Part shown: positions 1-15,520 of the stretch, piece by piece
How positions within the stretch are numbered: position 1 is the first letter of the stretch
How the letters are laid out: each line of letters starts with the position of its first letter
Assembly: GCA_963787355.1 (NCBI GenBank)
Contig: CAWBCP010000008.1
Coordinates: forward strand, 327,682-391,681
DNA length: 64,000 nt
Source of the DNA: an uncultured Planctomycetaceae bacterium
GTDB lineage: Bacteria > Planctomycetota > Planctomycetia > Pirellulales > PALSA-1355
Direction of reading: 5' to 3'
Notes under the pieces: generated by a model
The model's input: only the letters and a program-made list of their open reading frames with translations
What the model was told of the DNA's origin: nothing
Databases searched by the model: none
Translations under genes and position numbers: made by a program

Positions 1-706
1 CGAACCGACCACCGACCTGGCGCGCTACAACCGGCGCCTGGGCCTGCTCGGCAGCCTGGAACATACCGCGGTCAACAGCAACGCCAAGCAAGAAGTCTCG
101 GAGCATCAGAAGCTCTACACCAAGGCTTCGCGGATGATCCAGAGCTCGCAGATGAAGGCGTTCGATCTCGATCACGAGTCGAGCGAAATCCGCGAGGGCT
201 ATGGCGACGGCCAGTTCGGCCTCGGCTGCCTGCTGGCCCGGCGGCTAGTCGAGACGGGCGTTCCCTGCGTCGAGATCGTCGTCAACGGCTGGGATACGCA
301 CCTCGACAACTTCCCGCGCACCAAAGAGCTGGCCTCGCAGATCGACGGCCCGATGGCCTACCTGCTCAAGGACCTCAAGCAGCGCGGTCTGCTCGACACG
401 ACGCTCGTGGTGTGGATGGGCGAATTCGGCCGCACGCCGAAGATCAATCCCCGCGCCGGCCGCGACCATTATCCCAAGGCGTTCAACGTCGTGGTGGCCG
501 GCGGCGGAACGCGCGGCGGGCAAGTGATCGGCAAGACCGACGAAGCCGGCGGCGAAGTGACCGATCGGCCGGTCGGCGTGGCCGATCTGTTCCAAAGCTT
601 CTGTCAGAGCCTGAAGATCAACCCCAAGCTCGAGAACATCGCGCCCAACGGCCGCCCGATCAAGATCGTCGACGGCGGCAAGCCGGTCGACGAGCTGTTC
701 GCCTGA
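1..706 (+). CDS. DUF1501 family protein (5'-truncated by window edge)
   Basis: Motifs YGDGQFGLGCLLARRLVETGV, GWDTH, LVVWMGEFGRTPKIN and GRDHYP are typical of DUF1501, which is expanded in Planctomycetes. The frame is open upstream of the listed ATG at 134. Confidence 0.9.
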   Translation, partial: EPTTDLARYNRRLGLLGSLEHTAVNSNAKQEVSEHQKLYTKASRMIQSSQMKAFDLDHESSEIREGYGDGQFGLGCLLARRLVETGVPCVEIVVNGWDTHLDNFPRTKELASQIDGPMAYLLKDLKQRGLLDTTLVVWMGEFGRTPKINPRAGRDHYPKAFNVVVAGGGTRGGQVIGKTDEAGGEVTDRPVGVADLFQSFCQSLKINPKLENIAPNGRPIKIVDGGKPVDELFA

Positions 707-719
707 GCTCCGCAGGCTC

Positions 720-815
720 TGTAGCCGGCCTCTGCGAGGCTGGTGATCGGCGGGAAGTTCCTTGGATCGCTTTGCCCCGGGGTCACCTCACCGGGGTCAC
801 GGATCCCCGGCCACA
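720..815. repeat. REP-like inverted pair of palindromes
   Basis: TGTAGCCGGCCTCTGCGAGGCTGG and CCGGGGTCACGGATCCCCGGCCACA are each hairpin-forming and imperfectly inverted to each other. They lie just after the DUF1501 stop. Confidence 0.55.
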
Positions 816-884
816 GGACGCTTCAAACGGCTGCTGAAGAGCCGGGCTTGGAAATCGACGCCGCGGCAAGGTAGCATGGCAGGC

Positions 885-1398
885 ATGAGCTCTGCCGAAC
901 AGCCCGCCGACCGCCTTCCCAGCAAGACCCAGCGCCATTTCGACTCGCTCGAGCAAGAGGCCTTTCTCAACCTCTGGCGGACCTACGATCGCCTGCACCA
1001 GCTCGAAGAGTCGCTCTTCAGCCGCTACGATCTGACGCCGCAGCAGTACAACGCCCTGCGCCTGCTGCGCGGTGAAGGAGGGCGCAAGCTGGCCACCTTG
1101 GCCTTGGCGGCCCGGCTGGTCTCGCGCGCTCCCGACATCACGCGGCTGCTCGACAAGCTCGAAGAGCGCGGGCTCGATCGAACGCGAGCGCCCCAGCGAT
1201 AACCGCCGCGTCGTGCTGATCGGGCTGACAGCCGCCGGCCGTGGCCTGCTCACGGATCTCGACCAGCAGGTGCGCGCCTGCCACGTGCACCAGTTGGGGC
1301 ACCTTTCCGAGGAAGAGCTGCGGCAATTGATCGCTCTGCTCGAGTCGGCGCGGGCTCCGCACGAAGAGTCGAGCAGCCCCTGGCGGCCGGCGTTATAA
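885..1398 (+). CDS. MarR family transcriptional regulator (frameshift ~1175)
   Basis: DLTPQQYNALRLL...PDITRLLDKLEERG continues in another frame as IERERPSDNRRVVLIGLTAAG, giving a complete MarR winged helix. Confidence 0.88.
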
Positions 1399-1489
1399 TG
1401 GGCCCGCGATAACCGCCGCTGCCTGCCAGGCCGCACGCGCGGCCCGTTGGCCGGCGCGGCCGACTGCCAGCCATTCCGACGAGGTCCGC

Positions 1490-2524
1490 ATGGCCCAAGA
1501 GAAACCGGTCTTGCCCGAGGTGCGTCGCTTCGACGCGGCCGGCGGGGCGCGGATTTACCGCATCACGTGCGAGGCGTTTCCGGGTCTGGCAGTCCATGTC
1601 TATCTGCTGCTCGAAGCCGGCGAGCCGACGATCATCGACGCCGGCAGCGGCTTCGGAGCCGCCAACGAACAGTTGCTCGCCGGCCTGGAACGGGTCCGCG
1701 GCGAGTTCGACGAGACGGCCACGCTGGCCGACGTGCGGCGGATCATCATCACCCACGGACACATCGATCACTTCGGCGGGCTGGCGTTTCTTCACGAACG
1801 AGCGCCGCGGGCGGAAATCGCGATTCACGAGCTCGACGTGCGAATTCTGACCGGGTTCGACGAGCGCGTGGCCGTGGCCAAAAAGGCCATCCGCCGCTTC
1901 CTGCAGGAAGCCGGCGTCAGCGGCGACCTGCTCGGCGGCTTCATGGACGTCTACGGATTCTCGAAGAAGAACGTCCACAGCCTGCCGGTCGAGCCGCACG
2001 CTGGTCGACGGCCAGGAGCTGGACGGGTTGCGGTTCGTCCACACCCCCGGCCACTGCCCGGGTCAGGTCTGCATCGCGCTGGGCGAGGTGCTGTTCACGG
2101 CCGACCACGTGCTGCCGGAAATCTCGCCTCATCAGGCCCCCGAAAGCATCACGCCCTATACGGGCCTGGGTCACTACCTGCAATCGCTCGACAAGATCGG
2201 ACGCTTCGAAGGCGTCGAGCTGCGCTGGGGGGCCACGGGCAGCCGATCACGGACGTCTACAAACGCGTGGGCGAAATCCGCGACGGCCACCGCCGCAAGC
2301 TCGACAAGGTGCTGGCCGTCATCCGCGAATCGCGCGAGCCCCTGACGATGGATCAGATCTCCCGGCAGCTCTACACCCACGTGCGCGGATTCCACGTGCT
2401 GTTGGCGCTCGAAGAGGTGGCAGCCCACGTCGAGTATCTCTACCAGCACGGCAAGCTGTCGATCGCGAATCTCGACGAGTACCAGCGCGAAGAGAACCCG
2501 CCGATTCGCTACGTCGTGGCGTGA
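1490..2524 (+). CDS. Metallo-beta-lactamase fold hydrolase (two compensating frameshifts ~1995 and ~2225)
   Basis: HxHxDH motif (THGHIDH). HTPGHCPGQ and LFTADHVL lie in the shifted frame (ORF 2028..2345). C-terminal winged-helix-like tail. Confidence 0.88.
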   Translation: MAQEKPVLPEVRRFDAAGGARIYRITCEAFPGLAVHVYLLLEAGEPTIIDAGSGFGAANEQLLAGLERVRGEFDETATLADVRRIIITHGHIDHFGGLAFLHERAPRAEIAIHELDVRILTGFDERVAVAKKAIRRFLQEAGVSGDLLGGFMDVYGFSKKNVHSLPVEPHAGRRPGAGRVAVRPHPRPLPGSGLHRAGRGAVHGRPRAAGNLASSGPRKHHALYGPGSLPAIARQDRTLRRRRAALGGHGQPITDVYKRVGEIRDGHRRKLDKVLAVIRESREPLTMDQISRQLYTHVRGFHVLLALEEVAAHVEYLYQHGKLSIANLDEYQREENPPIRYVVA

Positions 2525-2547
2525 CGGGCGGCGCGGTTTCGATCGGC

Positions 2548-2618
2548 GTGGCACTGGCGTCTTGCCAGTGCGGAGACAACGCGCGACAGCCGACGCACTG
2601 GCGAGATGCCAGTGCCAC
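2548..2618. repeat. REP-like inverted pair (GTGGCACTGGC...GCCAGTGC family)
   Basis: GTGGCACTGGCGTCTTGCCAGTGC (2548-2571) and GCACTGGCGAGATGCCAGTGCCAC (2595-2618). A near-identical pair occurs at 60493-60563. Confidence 0.85.
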
Positions 2619-2642
2619 CAGGGACGAAGCGACGGCGTAACC

Positions 2643-2837
2643 CTATATCGTAAAGGGGCTCTGCCAGGGGCTGGGCAGATCGCAGCGCTCCAGGTCGGTC
2701 GCCGCGGCCGAGGCGCGGACGCCGTTGCGCTCGATGTAGAAGCCGCCGGCGCCGTCTTCGCCGACAACGGTCCAGATCTGTCCCAGCTTGAGATCGCGAA
2801 CCGTTTCGCCCGTTCGGAAGGTGATTGCCCAGAACAT
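2643..2837 (-). CDS. Small hypothetical protein (64 aa), possible SH3/KOW-like barrel
   Basis: Protein-like sequence FRTGETVRDLKLGQIWTVVGEDGAGGFYIERNG. It fills an intergenic gap and has promoter-like elements upstream. Confidence 0.55.
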   Translation of the reverse strand: MFWAITFRTGETVRDLKLGQIWTVVGEDGAGGFYIERNGVRASAAATDLERCDLPSPWQSPFTI

Positions 2838-2951
2838 GACGCGCTGCGCCCGCGGGTGCCAGGTTGGAATATGGCCGCCAGACCGACGGCCGGGTGACGA
2901 GAAACCAGGTGCGGAGGGACCATTCAGGACGAATGGCCCATTCGCGGGGGT

Positions 2952-3014
2952 ACTTTCCCGAATTCGCGACCACTTGTCAACGGAGTTTTTACCCCCAATG
3001 ACACATAGCTGTCA
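2952..3014 (-). promoter_or_regulatory. Putative sigma70 promoter plus TGACA-N6-TGTCA palindromic operator upstream of the small ORF
   Basis: Minus-strand TTGACA (2980-2975), 17-nt spacer, weak -10 GAAAGT (2957-2952). Palindrome TGACAcatagcTGTCA at 2999-3014. Confidence 0.45.
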
Positions 3015-3058
3015 GCGGAATCGGGGGGGGGCTGTCAGGCAGGCGGCGCCCAGGGGGA

Positions 3059-3420
3059 CTATTTCTTGAGAGCTACCGGCAGCCGGTCGATTTTGGCGGC
3101 CAGAATGAAATCGTTTTCCGACAGGCCGCCGATGGCGTGCGTGTAAATCTCGATGGCCACGTTGCGGTACCCTTCCAGGTGCAGGTCGGGATGGTGGCCT
3201 TCGTCCTCGGCCACTTGGGCCACGCGATTGAAAAAGTCGATGCCTGCCATGAAATGCTGCACGACCCACGATTTGCGGATCCGCTGGTTGTCGTGCACGA
3301 GCTTCCAGCCGCTGAGCCTTGCCAATTGCGCTGGGCCTCGTCGAGCGTGTACTTCGCCACGCCCCCCTCGCACGGAACGCACTTCTTGCCGGTCAATTGT
3401 TCGCTGGTCAGTGTTTCCAT
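3059..3420 (-). CDS. phhB: Pterin-4-alpha-carbinolamine dehydratase (frameshift ~3325)
   Basis: METLTSEQLTGKKCVPCEGG joins GWKLV...AEDEGHHPDLHLEGYRNV...THAIGGLSENDFILAAKID. Confidence 0.92.
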
Positions 3421-3517
3421 GATCGTGCTCCTCGGAGAAAGATGGCACGGCTGTTGAAGGATTGCTGCAGGCCCTGGGCGCGGCGGGCTGTCGCTGCCAG
3501 GCGCCTCGCTAGTGCCA

Positions 3518-4127
3518 TTATCGGGCGAGTGGTCGGAGCGTCAAATCCAAGGGACCGCACGGCGGAAATGCCGCGTGGCGGGTGGGCCCGATCGCCTGGC
3601 GGGAGGAAGCGGCGGTCGCCGTGGGCGCGACTTGGCCGACAGGACGGTCGCGCGAAAAGAGCCGGCGCGGCGAAGCCGATTTGGGCGGCTCGGCATTGCG
3701 GGGAGCCGGCGAGCCGGCCACGGGCGGCCGCAGCGGATTGAGCCGCCGCGACTTCTCGACCAGTTGCACCAGCACGCTGGCGTTGAACGGCTTGCGCAGG
3801 AAATAGACCCCGTCGCCGTTGGGCTGCTGCCGGCGAACCACGTCGGGCACTTGCGCCGCCGAAAGAAACATCACCGGCACGTCGCAAATGCCGGCCAGCT
3901 CCTTGAGCTCGTCGCAAACCGAACGGCCGCTGCGGCCGCCGAGGTTCACGTTGGCAATGATCAGATCGGGCTGGTGAAGCGAGGTTGCTTTTTGCGCGGA
4001 ATCGGCATCGCGCGGCACATTGGCAGGTGTAGCCTGCCTCGCCGAGGATGTCGGCAATCCGACTGAGGATTTCCGACTCCTCGTCGATCGCCAACACCGA
4101 CATCGCCCCGCCTGTTGCCTCGTTCAT
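3518..4127 (-). CDS. Single-domain response-regulator-like (atypical receiver) protein with low-complexity tail (frameshift ~4010)
   Basis: VLAIDEE...LGEAGY, then PDLIIANVNL, VPVMFLSA and YFLRKPF follow the receiver fold. The phosphoacceptor Asp position is Asn. Confidence 0.75.
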
Positions 4128-4492
4128 AGCTCGCCTGCCGTCGCGATCTGATTTCGTCGCGGCTGGGCCTTTTGCCCAAAGCGGGCCGACGACGTCTGTT
4201 CCACTACGATTGTATTCGACGGGGACAGTCGATTTTCTTCACGTGATTTTTCCATACTACGTAGCCGGCCATCTTTGAGTCACCTGCAGAATCGTTATTT
4301 TGGTACTTTTCGGCCCTGGCGGCTGAAAGGCTTCGACCCCACTGCCCGCGGCGGATAAAATGCTTGACGGGGCTGGGGGGCGACTCGGACATTTGAAAAT
4401 CGGCAGCTCCGCCGTCCACGATCGTCCCAAGCTTTTTACGGCAAAATCCCCTTAAGGGTTTGGCAGGGGGTCGGCAGAGGAGGCCCCGTCGA

Positions 4493-6067
4493 ATGGCGGT
4501 TGCACAGGGCAGGCCGATCGTGGGGCCCGTCGCGATGGCGCTGGCTGCGGCTTGGCTGCCTGCGGTCCTGGCCCAGCGCCCGCGGACCGCTCGAACGCCG
4601 ACCAGGCCGATCTGCCGGCAGTGATCATCCGCGTGCATTCGAGCGATCGGCGGCCGTTGACCACCGTGCTGGGTTCGATCGTCAAGGTCGAGCCCGTGAT
4701 CGGCGCTGCGGGCTCGCCGCCGGCCGACCCGGCCTGCCATCCCGACTGCGGGCGCCACGCGGTCGCCGGTGCCGATGGCACGCTGTGGTTCGACGATCTG
4801 CAGATGGATCAGCGCTACACGATCTACCTGGAATCGAAATTCCACCTGGCCAAGGCGGTGTCGGTCGTACCGAAGGTCCCGCGCGCGATCCTGGACGTCG
4901 TGTTGCCGCGCGAGCCGCCAGCGTTCGACGAGCGCAGCCGGATTCTCGGCCTGGTGCTGCTGCCCGGGGGCCAGCCGGCCGTCGACGCCCACGTCGTGGT
5001 GAACAACGTGGCTTCGCCGGTGCGCGCCGGCCATTACGACTCGGAAGCCGCCACCGACAAGGAAGGCCATTTCGTGCTCAACGGCAGCGGCGCCTGGGCA
5101 CCGTCACGGTGAGCGTCGACGCCGAAGGCTGCGTGCCGCAGATGCAGTTTCCCGTGACCGGGCGCTGAAGCTCAACACGCTGCAGCTCGTCGCCGGGGCC
5201 ACGGTCCGCGGTCGCGTGCTGCGCGACGCGCAGCCCATGGAAGGGGTAATCGTGGCCCTGTTGCCGCTGCCGGAGATGCCCACAGTCGGCATGGCTCAAC
5301 GCATCTCCGCTACCGCGATCTCCGTGCCGCGGTACGCGACAACCGACGCGCGGGGCCGTTATGCGTTCGAGCACGTCTATCCCGATCGCGAATGCCAGGT
5401 GTTCGTGCCCATGGCGGCCGTGGCGAAGCACAACTTGTTCGCCCATCGCCAGCACATTCACTCGGGCCGCTCCGGAGCGACGACCGAGGCCGCCGAGCTC
5501 AACCTGCATCCGGCGCACCGGCTGACGGGCCAGATCGTCACCAGCGACAACCGGCCGCTGCCCCCTGGCGCGATTGTCGTGCTGGAGCGGACTCGGGTGC
5601 GCGACCTGCAACGCTCGGCGATCGACGGCACCGGGGGGTTCTCTTTCGATGCGGTCCCCTCGGAATCGGTGGTGTTGTCGTTCCATACTTCCGGCAATCA
5701 AGCCGTGCCCGGCTATCGGCTTTCGCGGAAGAATTACAGCATCCATCCGACGGCGGCCACGTTGTGCGGTTGGGTCGACGACGATCGACAATTGCTGGTG
5801 TTGTTCGAGCCCGGAAGCGGCCCGCGCTACGCGGCTGGTGCAATGAACGCCTGGCCCGGGGCCGCTGGCGTGGTCGTTCGGGGCAACGTCGCCATCGTCC
5901 AGCAGGTCGTCGTGCAGAGAAACGGACAGCGCGTGGTGGTGCGCCAGGCGATTCAACAGGGAGCGCGCGGGCCCACTGCGCGCGACCTTCAGCCCTTGAG
6001 CGGCGTGACCGAGGATGACTTGTCGCGGATGGACATGCTGCCGAAAACCGCCCCCAGCCGGCGGTAG
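4493..6067 (+). CDS. Secreted carboxypeptidase-regulatory-like (beta-sandwich repeat) protein, paralog 1 (several frameshifts)
   Basis: Signal-like N-terminus from ATG 4493. Repeats such as ATDKEGHFVL, TTDARGRYAFEHV and IDGTGGFSFDAVP are spread over ORFs 4552..5112 and 5216..6067. Confidence 0.7.
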
Positions 6068-6091
6068 TCGGCCGCCCCGTTCTTTCATGCT

Positions 6092-6120
6092 GGGTGCCAC
6101 TGCTGGGCTTGTCCAGCAGC
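6092..6120. repeat. REP-like palindrome (GTGCCACTGCTGG...CCAGCAG)
   Basis: GGGTGCCACTGCTGGGCTTGTCCAGCAG is related to the inverted copy CACTGCCGGACATGCCAGCAGTGGCACC near 60437-60464. Confidence 0.6.
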
Positions 6121-6265
6121 GCGAAACGACGGCTGTCTGCTGCGCAGCCGCCCGGGGCACCGTTGCCTGCCCCTGACAATCAAGCGAAGTCTCTTAGTTG
6201 GGCGTCCCCTGGATGGCGTCGAGACGCCGGCCGTGCGGTCGCAGCCGGATCGGCGGTGCGATAAA

Positions 6266-7679
6266 ATGCCTCTCATGCTCCGCCCGCCCGCAAGCCTTTT
6301 GTTTGCCGCGCTCGCCGCGCTGTTGTCGACGACGCTGGCGTCCGCCGCCGGGCCGCCAGTCGCCAACGCGCTGGTTGGCAACGTGAAAGCGCCGGACGGC
6401 CGCCCGCTCGACGGGGCGCTGGTGTCGATCGTCGGCGCTCGCCCACGGGCCGGCGCCACGCTGGCCAGCCCCTGGTGCTACGCCGACTGTGGCCGGCACA
6501 CGCGGAGCCGCGAAGGGGGGCAGTTTGCCATCGGCGGCATCGACCCGGTTTGGCTTTACGACGTGTACGTCGAAGCGCCCGGCTACTTGCCGCAAACGAT
6601 CGAGCTCAATCCGCGCTGCGAGCTGCCGACGACCGTGCGGCTGTACACGGCCGACGATCCGGCGCTGCGAGTGGTCGGGCGCGTGCTCCATCCCGATGGC
6701 CGGCCGGCCGCCGGCGCGGCGCTGAAGGTCGACGATTTCGCGCTGGAAGGCTCGCAGACCGGCGATTGCCAGATCGACCGCCGAGTGCGGGCCGACGACG
6801 ACGGCCACTTCGCGATTTGCGCCACCCGACCGGTCAGCCGAGTGACCGTGATGGTCAGTGACATCGGCACGATGAAGCAAAAGCAATTTCACCTCCGCCC
6901 CGGGGCGCGGACAATATCCTGCAGCTCGCCTCGGGTGCCAGCATCACGGGCATCGTGCTGCGCAAGGCGCGGCCGGTGGCGGGCGTGGCCGTCGTGCTCA
7001 GTGGCTTCGATCGGCCGGGCGCGCCCTGGCCGAAACGCACGAGGACACGACCGACGAGGCCGGGCGATTCCGCTTCGAGGGCGTGCTGCCCGGGGGCGAG
7101 TTCCGGCTGTTCACTCGCATGGGCTCACCCGCGGAACAGCACCTGGCGTCGATTCCCCGCGACGTCACCGCGCCGGGCGACCGCCAGACGCTGGAAGTGG
7201 CCGAGCTCAACCTGCACCCCGGCCATCGGCTGCGGGGGCGGGTGCTGTTTGCCGACGGCCAGCGGCCCGCAGACGTGCTGGCCGTGCTCGAGCGCTCGAC
7301 TGCCGGCGACGAACAGCAGCAGCCGCTGGACGCCAACGGGACATTTACGTTCGAGGGCGTCCCCAGCGAATCGGTCGTGCTGTGGTTTCGCACCGCGGGG
7401 GCCAATCACGTGAGCGGCTACCGGCTTTCGCCTCAGCACTACAGCCTCGACTACTTGCTGCGGGCCGCGCTGTGCGGCCGCGTCGACGACGACCTGGAGC
7501 TGATCGTGCTGATGGAGCCGGGTGCGGCCACGGCCTACGTGCCGGGCGAGTTTCGCCGCCGCCGCCGGCTGGCCCCGACCGATGGCCGCCTGGCCGATCA
7601 GCAGCGGATCGAAAGCGATCCGCTGCGCGGCGTGCCGCCCGAGCTAGTGACGCGCGTGCCCGCCCGCGGTGAACGGTGA
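6266..7679 (+). CDS. Secreted carboxypeptidase-regulatory-like protein, paralog 2 (frameshifts ~6910-7030)
   Basis: Signal peptide LLFAALAALLSTTLASAA. Motifs GNVKAPDGRPLDGALV, GRVLHPDGRPAAGA and DDDGHFAI. Shares CxxDCGRH, AELNLHP and GYRLS with paralog 1. Confidence 0.75.
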
Positions 7680-7718
7680 ATTTCAAGGGCGTGCGTCAGT
7701 GCAAAGCATGCTCTGCTG

Positions 7719-7783
7719 GCCACTGGCTCTTTCAGTGCCGGTATCGCGAGCAGTTCCATTCACTGGCAAAGCCAGTGGCACAC
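7719..7783. repeat. REP-like inverted pair (CACTGGCAAAGCCAGTGGCACAC family)
   Basis: GCCACTGGCTCTTTCAGTG and CACTGGCAAAGCCAGTGGCACAC lie between convergent genes. The second unit is identical to one at 50977-50999. Confidence 0.8.
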
Positions 7784-7821
7784 CCGTGGGACACCAGGCT
7801 TCATGCTGGCGTGCGCGGCCG

Positions 7822-13875
<6,054 letters not shown>

Positions 13876-13974
13876 GGCGTTTTCCTTCGCGCTGACGATG
13901 TCCTTACGCGTTTGGCCCCTGGATAGGAATGGCTGGCCCGAAAGGTTCGATTGGCGCCGCTTTTGAAAGGGAAG

Positions 13975-15145
13975 TCACGGGATCTGGTTGACGACGGCCT
14001 CTTCTTCCTCTTCGGCGACCTCGACGCTTGCCGCGCGTCCGAGGTTCGCTCGCTTGTGTCCATTGCCGGCGGCGGCGTGCCCGGCGACGGCGTGCCCAGC
14101 GACGGCGTGCCCGCGACGGCGTGCCCGGCGACGGCGTGCCCAGCGACGGCGTGGCTGTCGCCGGTGCTTGGGTCGGCGGCCAGCGCGTGGCCGTTGCGGA
14201 CGTCGAGGTAGCTGCCGGCGGCGGTGGCGGCCTCGGCAGCGGAGCTTGGGTCCGCGTCGCCGTCTTGCGGCTCGCTGCGCAACAGCTCGATGAATCGCCG
14301 CGCCGTGGCGCTGAGCTTCTTGCCGCGGCGGTGAATGACGCCCAACGGCCGCACCAGCTCGTCGCTGGCCAGCGGAACCTGGACCAGCGTGCCCGCCTCG
14401 ACCTCGCGGCGCACCGTGGGTTCGGGCAGCAGGGCCACGCCGGCGTCGATTTCGACGGCGCGCTTGATGGTCTCGATATTGTCGAATTCCATGGCCACGG
14501 TGGCTTCCGCGTGGTGCAGTTGCAGCACGCGGTCGATTTCGCGGCGGATGGTCAGATCGCTGTCGAAGCCGATCATTTTTTCGCCCGCCAGCTCTTCCAG
14601 CGGCAGCGTCTGGCGGCCCGCCAGGCGGTGGCCCGGCGCACAGACCAGCACCATCGGCTCTTCGCGCCAGCCGATGGCGTCGATCGTCCGCGACGGCGCG
14701 GGTAGCTCACCAGCCCCAGGTCGGCATGATCCTTTTCAATCGCGTCGTAGAGGCGGTGCGGATGTTGATATTCGAGGCGCACGTTGGCCTTGGGATACTG
14801 GCTGAGGAACTTCTGCAAGTAGCGGTTCATGTGGTGCAGCCCGACTGAGTAGATCGAGACCACGCGCACGCGGCCTGCGACCTCCTCGTGCAGCGTGCGC
14901 ACCTGGTCGACCAGCGCGTCGTAGCGCTGCACCAGTTTGCGGCAGCCTTCGTAGTAGGTTTCGCCCTCGGGGGTGAGCACGAAGGGGCGCTTCGAGCGGT
15001 CGATCAACTTGACTCCCAGGCGGCGTTCGAGCTGGTTGACGACCTGGCTGGCGCCCGACTGGGAAATGCCGTTTTCATCCGCGGCCCGCGAAAAACTCCG
15101 CCATCCGACGACGTCACAAAACACCTTGAGCGATTTCAATTGCAT
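13975..15145 (-). CDS. LysR family transcriptional regulator with His-repeat C-terminal extension (frameshifts ~14700 and ~14112)
   Basis: HTH SFSRAADENGISQSGASQVVNQLERRLGVKLIDRS. Substrate domain DNIETIKRAVEIDAGVALLP. Reconstructed stop TGA at 13975-13977. Confidence 0.9.
14074..14153 (-). repeat. 15-bp tandem repeat (about 5 copies) encoding HAVAG in the LysR tail
   Basis: Plus-strand unit GGCGTGCCC(G/A)GCGAC. One copy is 14 bp, which causes a frameshift. Confidence 0.85.
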
Positions 15146-15210
15146 GACACGGTGCGCCCTAATGAATTTATTGAATAGAGCACGAACGCAAGATTTGAAT
15201 CGAACATGTT

Positions 15211-15239
15211 ACGGTAGCCGCTCGGCCGGGCCCCGTCAA
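15211..15239 (-). promoter_or_regulatory. Putative sigma70 promoter of lysR-gltB-gltD
   Basis: Minus-strand TTGACG-N17-TACCGT about 65 nt upstream of the LysR ATG. Confidence 0.5.
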
Positions 15240-15520
15240 GCATTTTTTTGACATCGCGCCGAGCGGCGCATTTCGGCCGGCGGAGCGGCGTTTTTCACCA
15301 GTGGCACAGCGCACGCCCGTGAAGCAGAACGACTTAGCACGGCCGCGCCGACAAGCGCCGATGCCGACGCTCGATTAGTTTTCCTGCTAGGTCCCCAAAG
15401 CTAGCAGAAAACAGGGGCGCTAGCGAGCAACCGCCGGGACAACTAGCGGGGCCCTCCGCTGGCGGCTTAGCAGGTGGCGGGTTCGGCGTCCCCTGCAAAT
15501 GGGACGGGCCTCGTGCGCCG

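Noticed and set aside
3443-3458. Sigma54 promoter-like TGGCACGGCTGTTGA
   Set aside because: The -12 element is imperfect and it points on the plus strand into the 3' end of a minus-strand gene.
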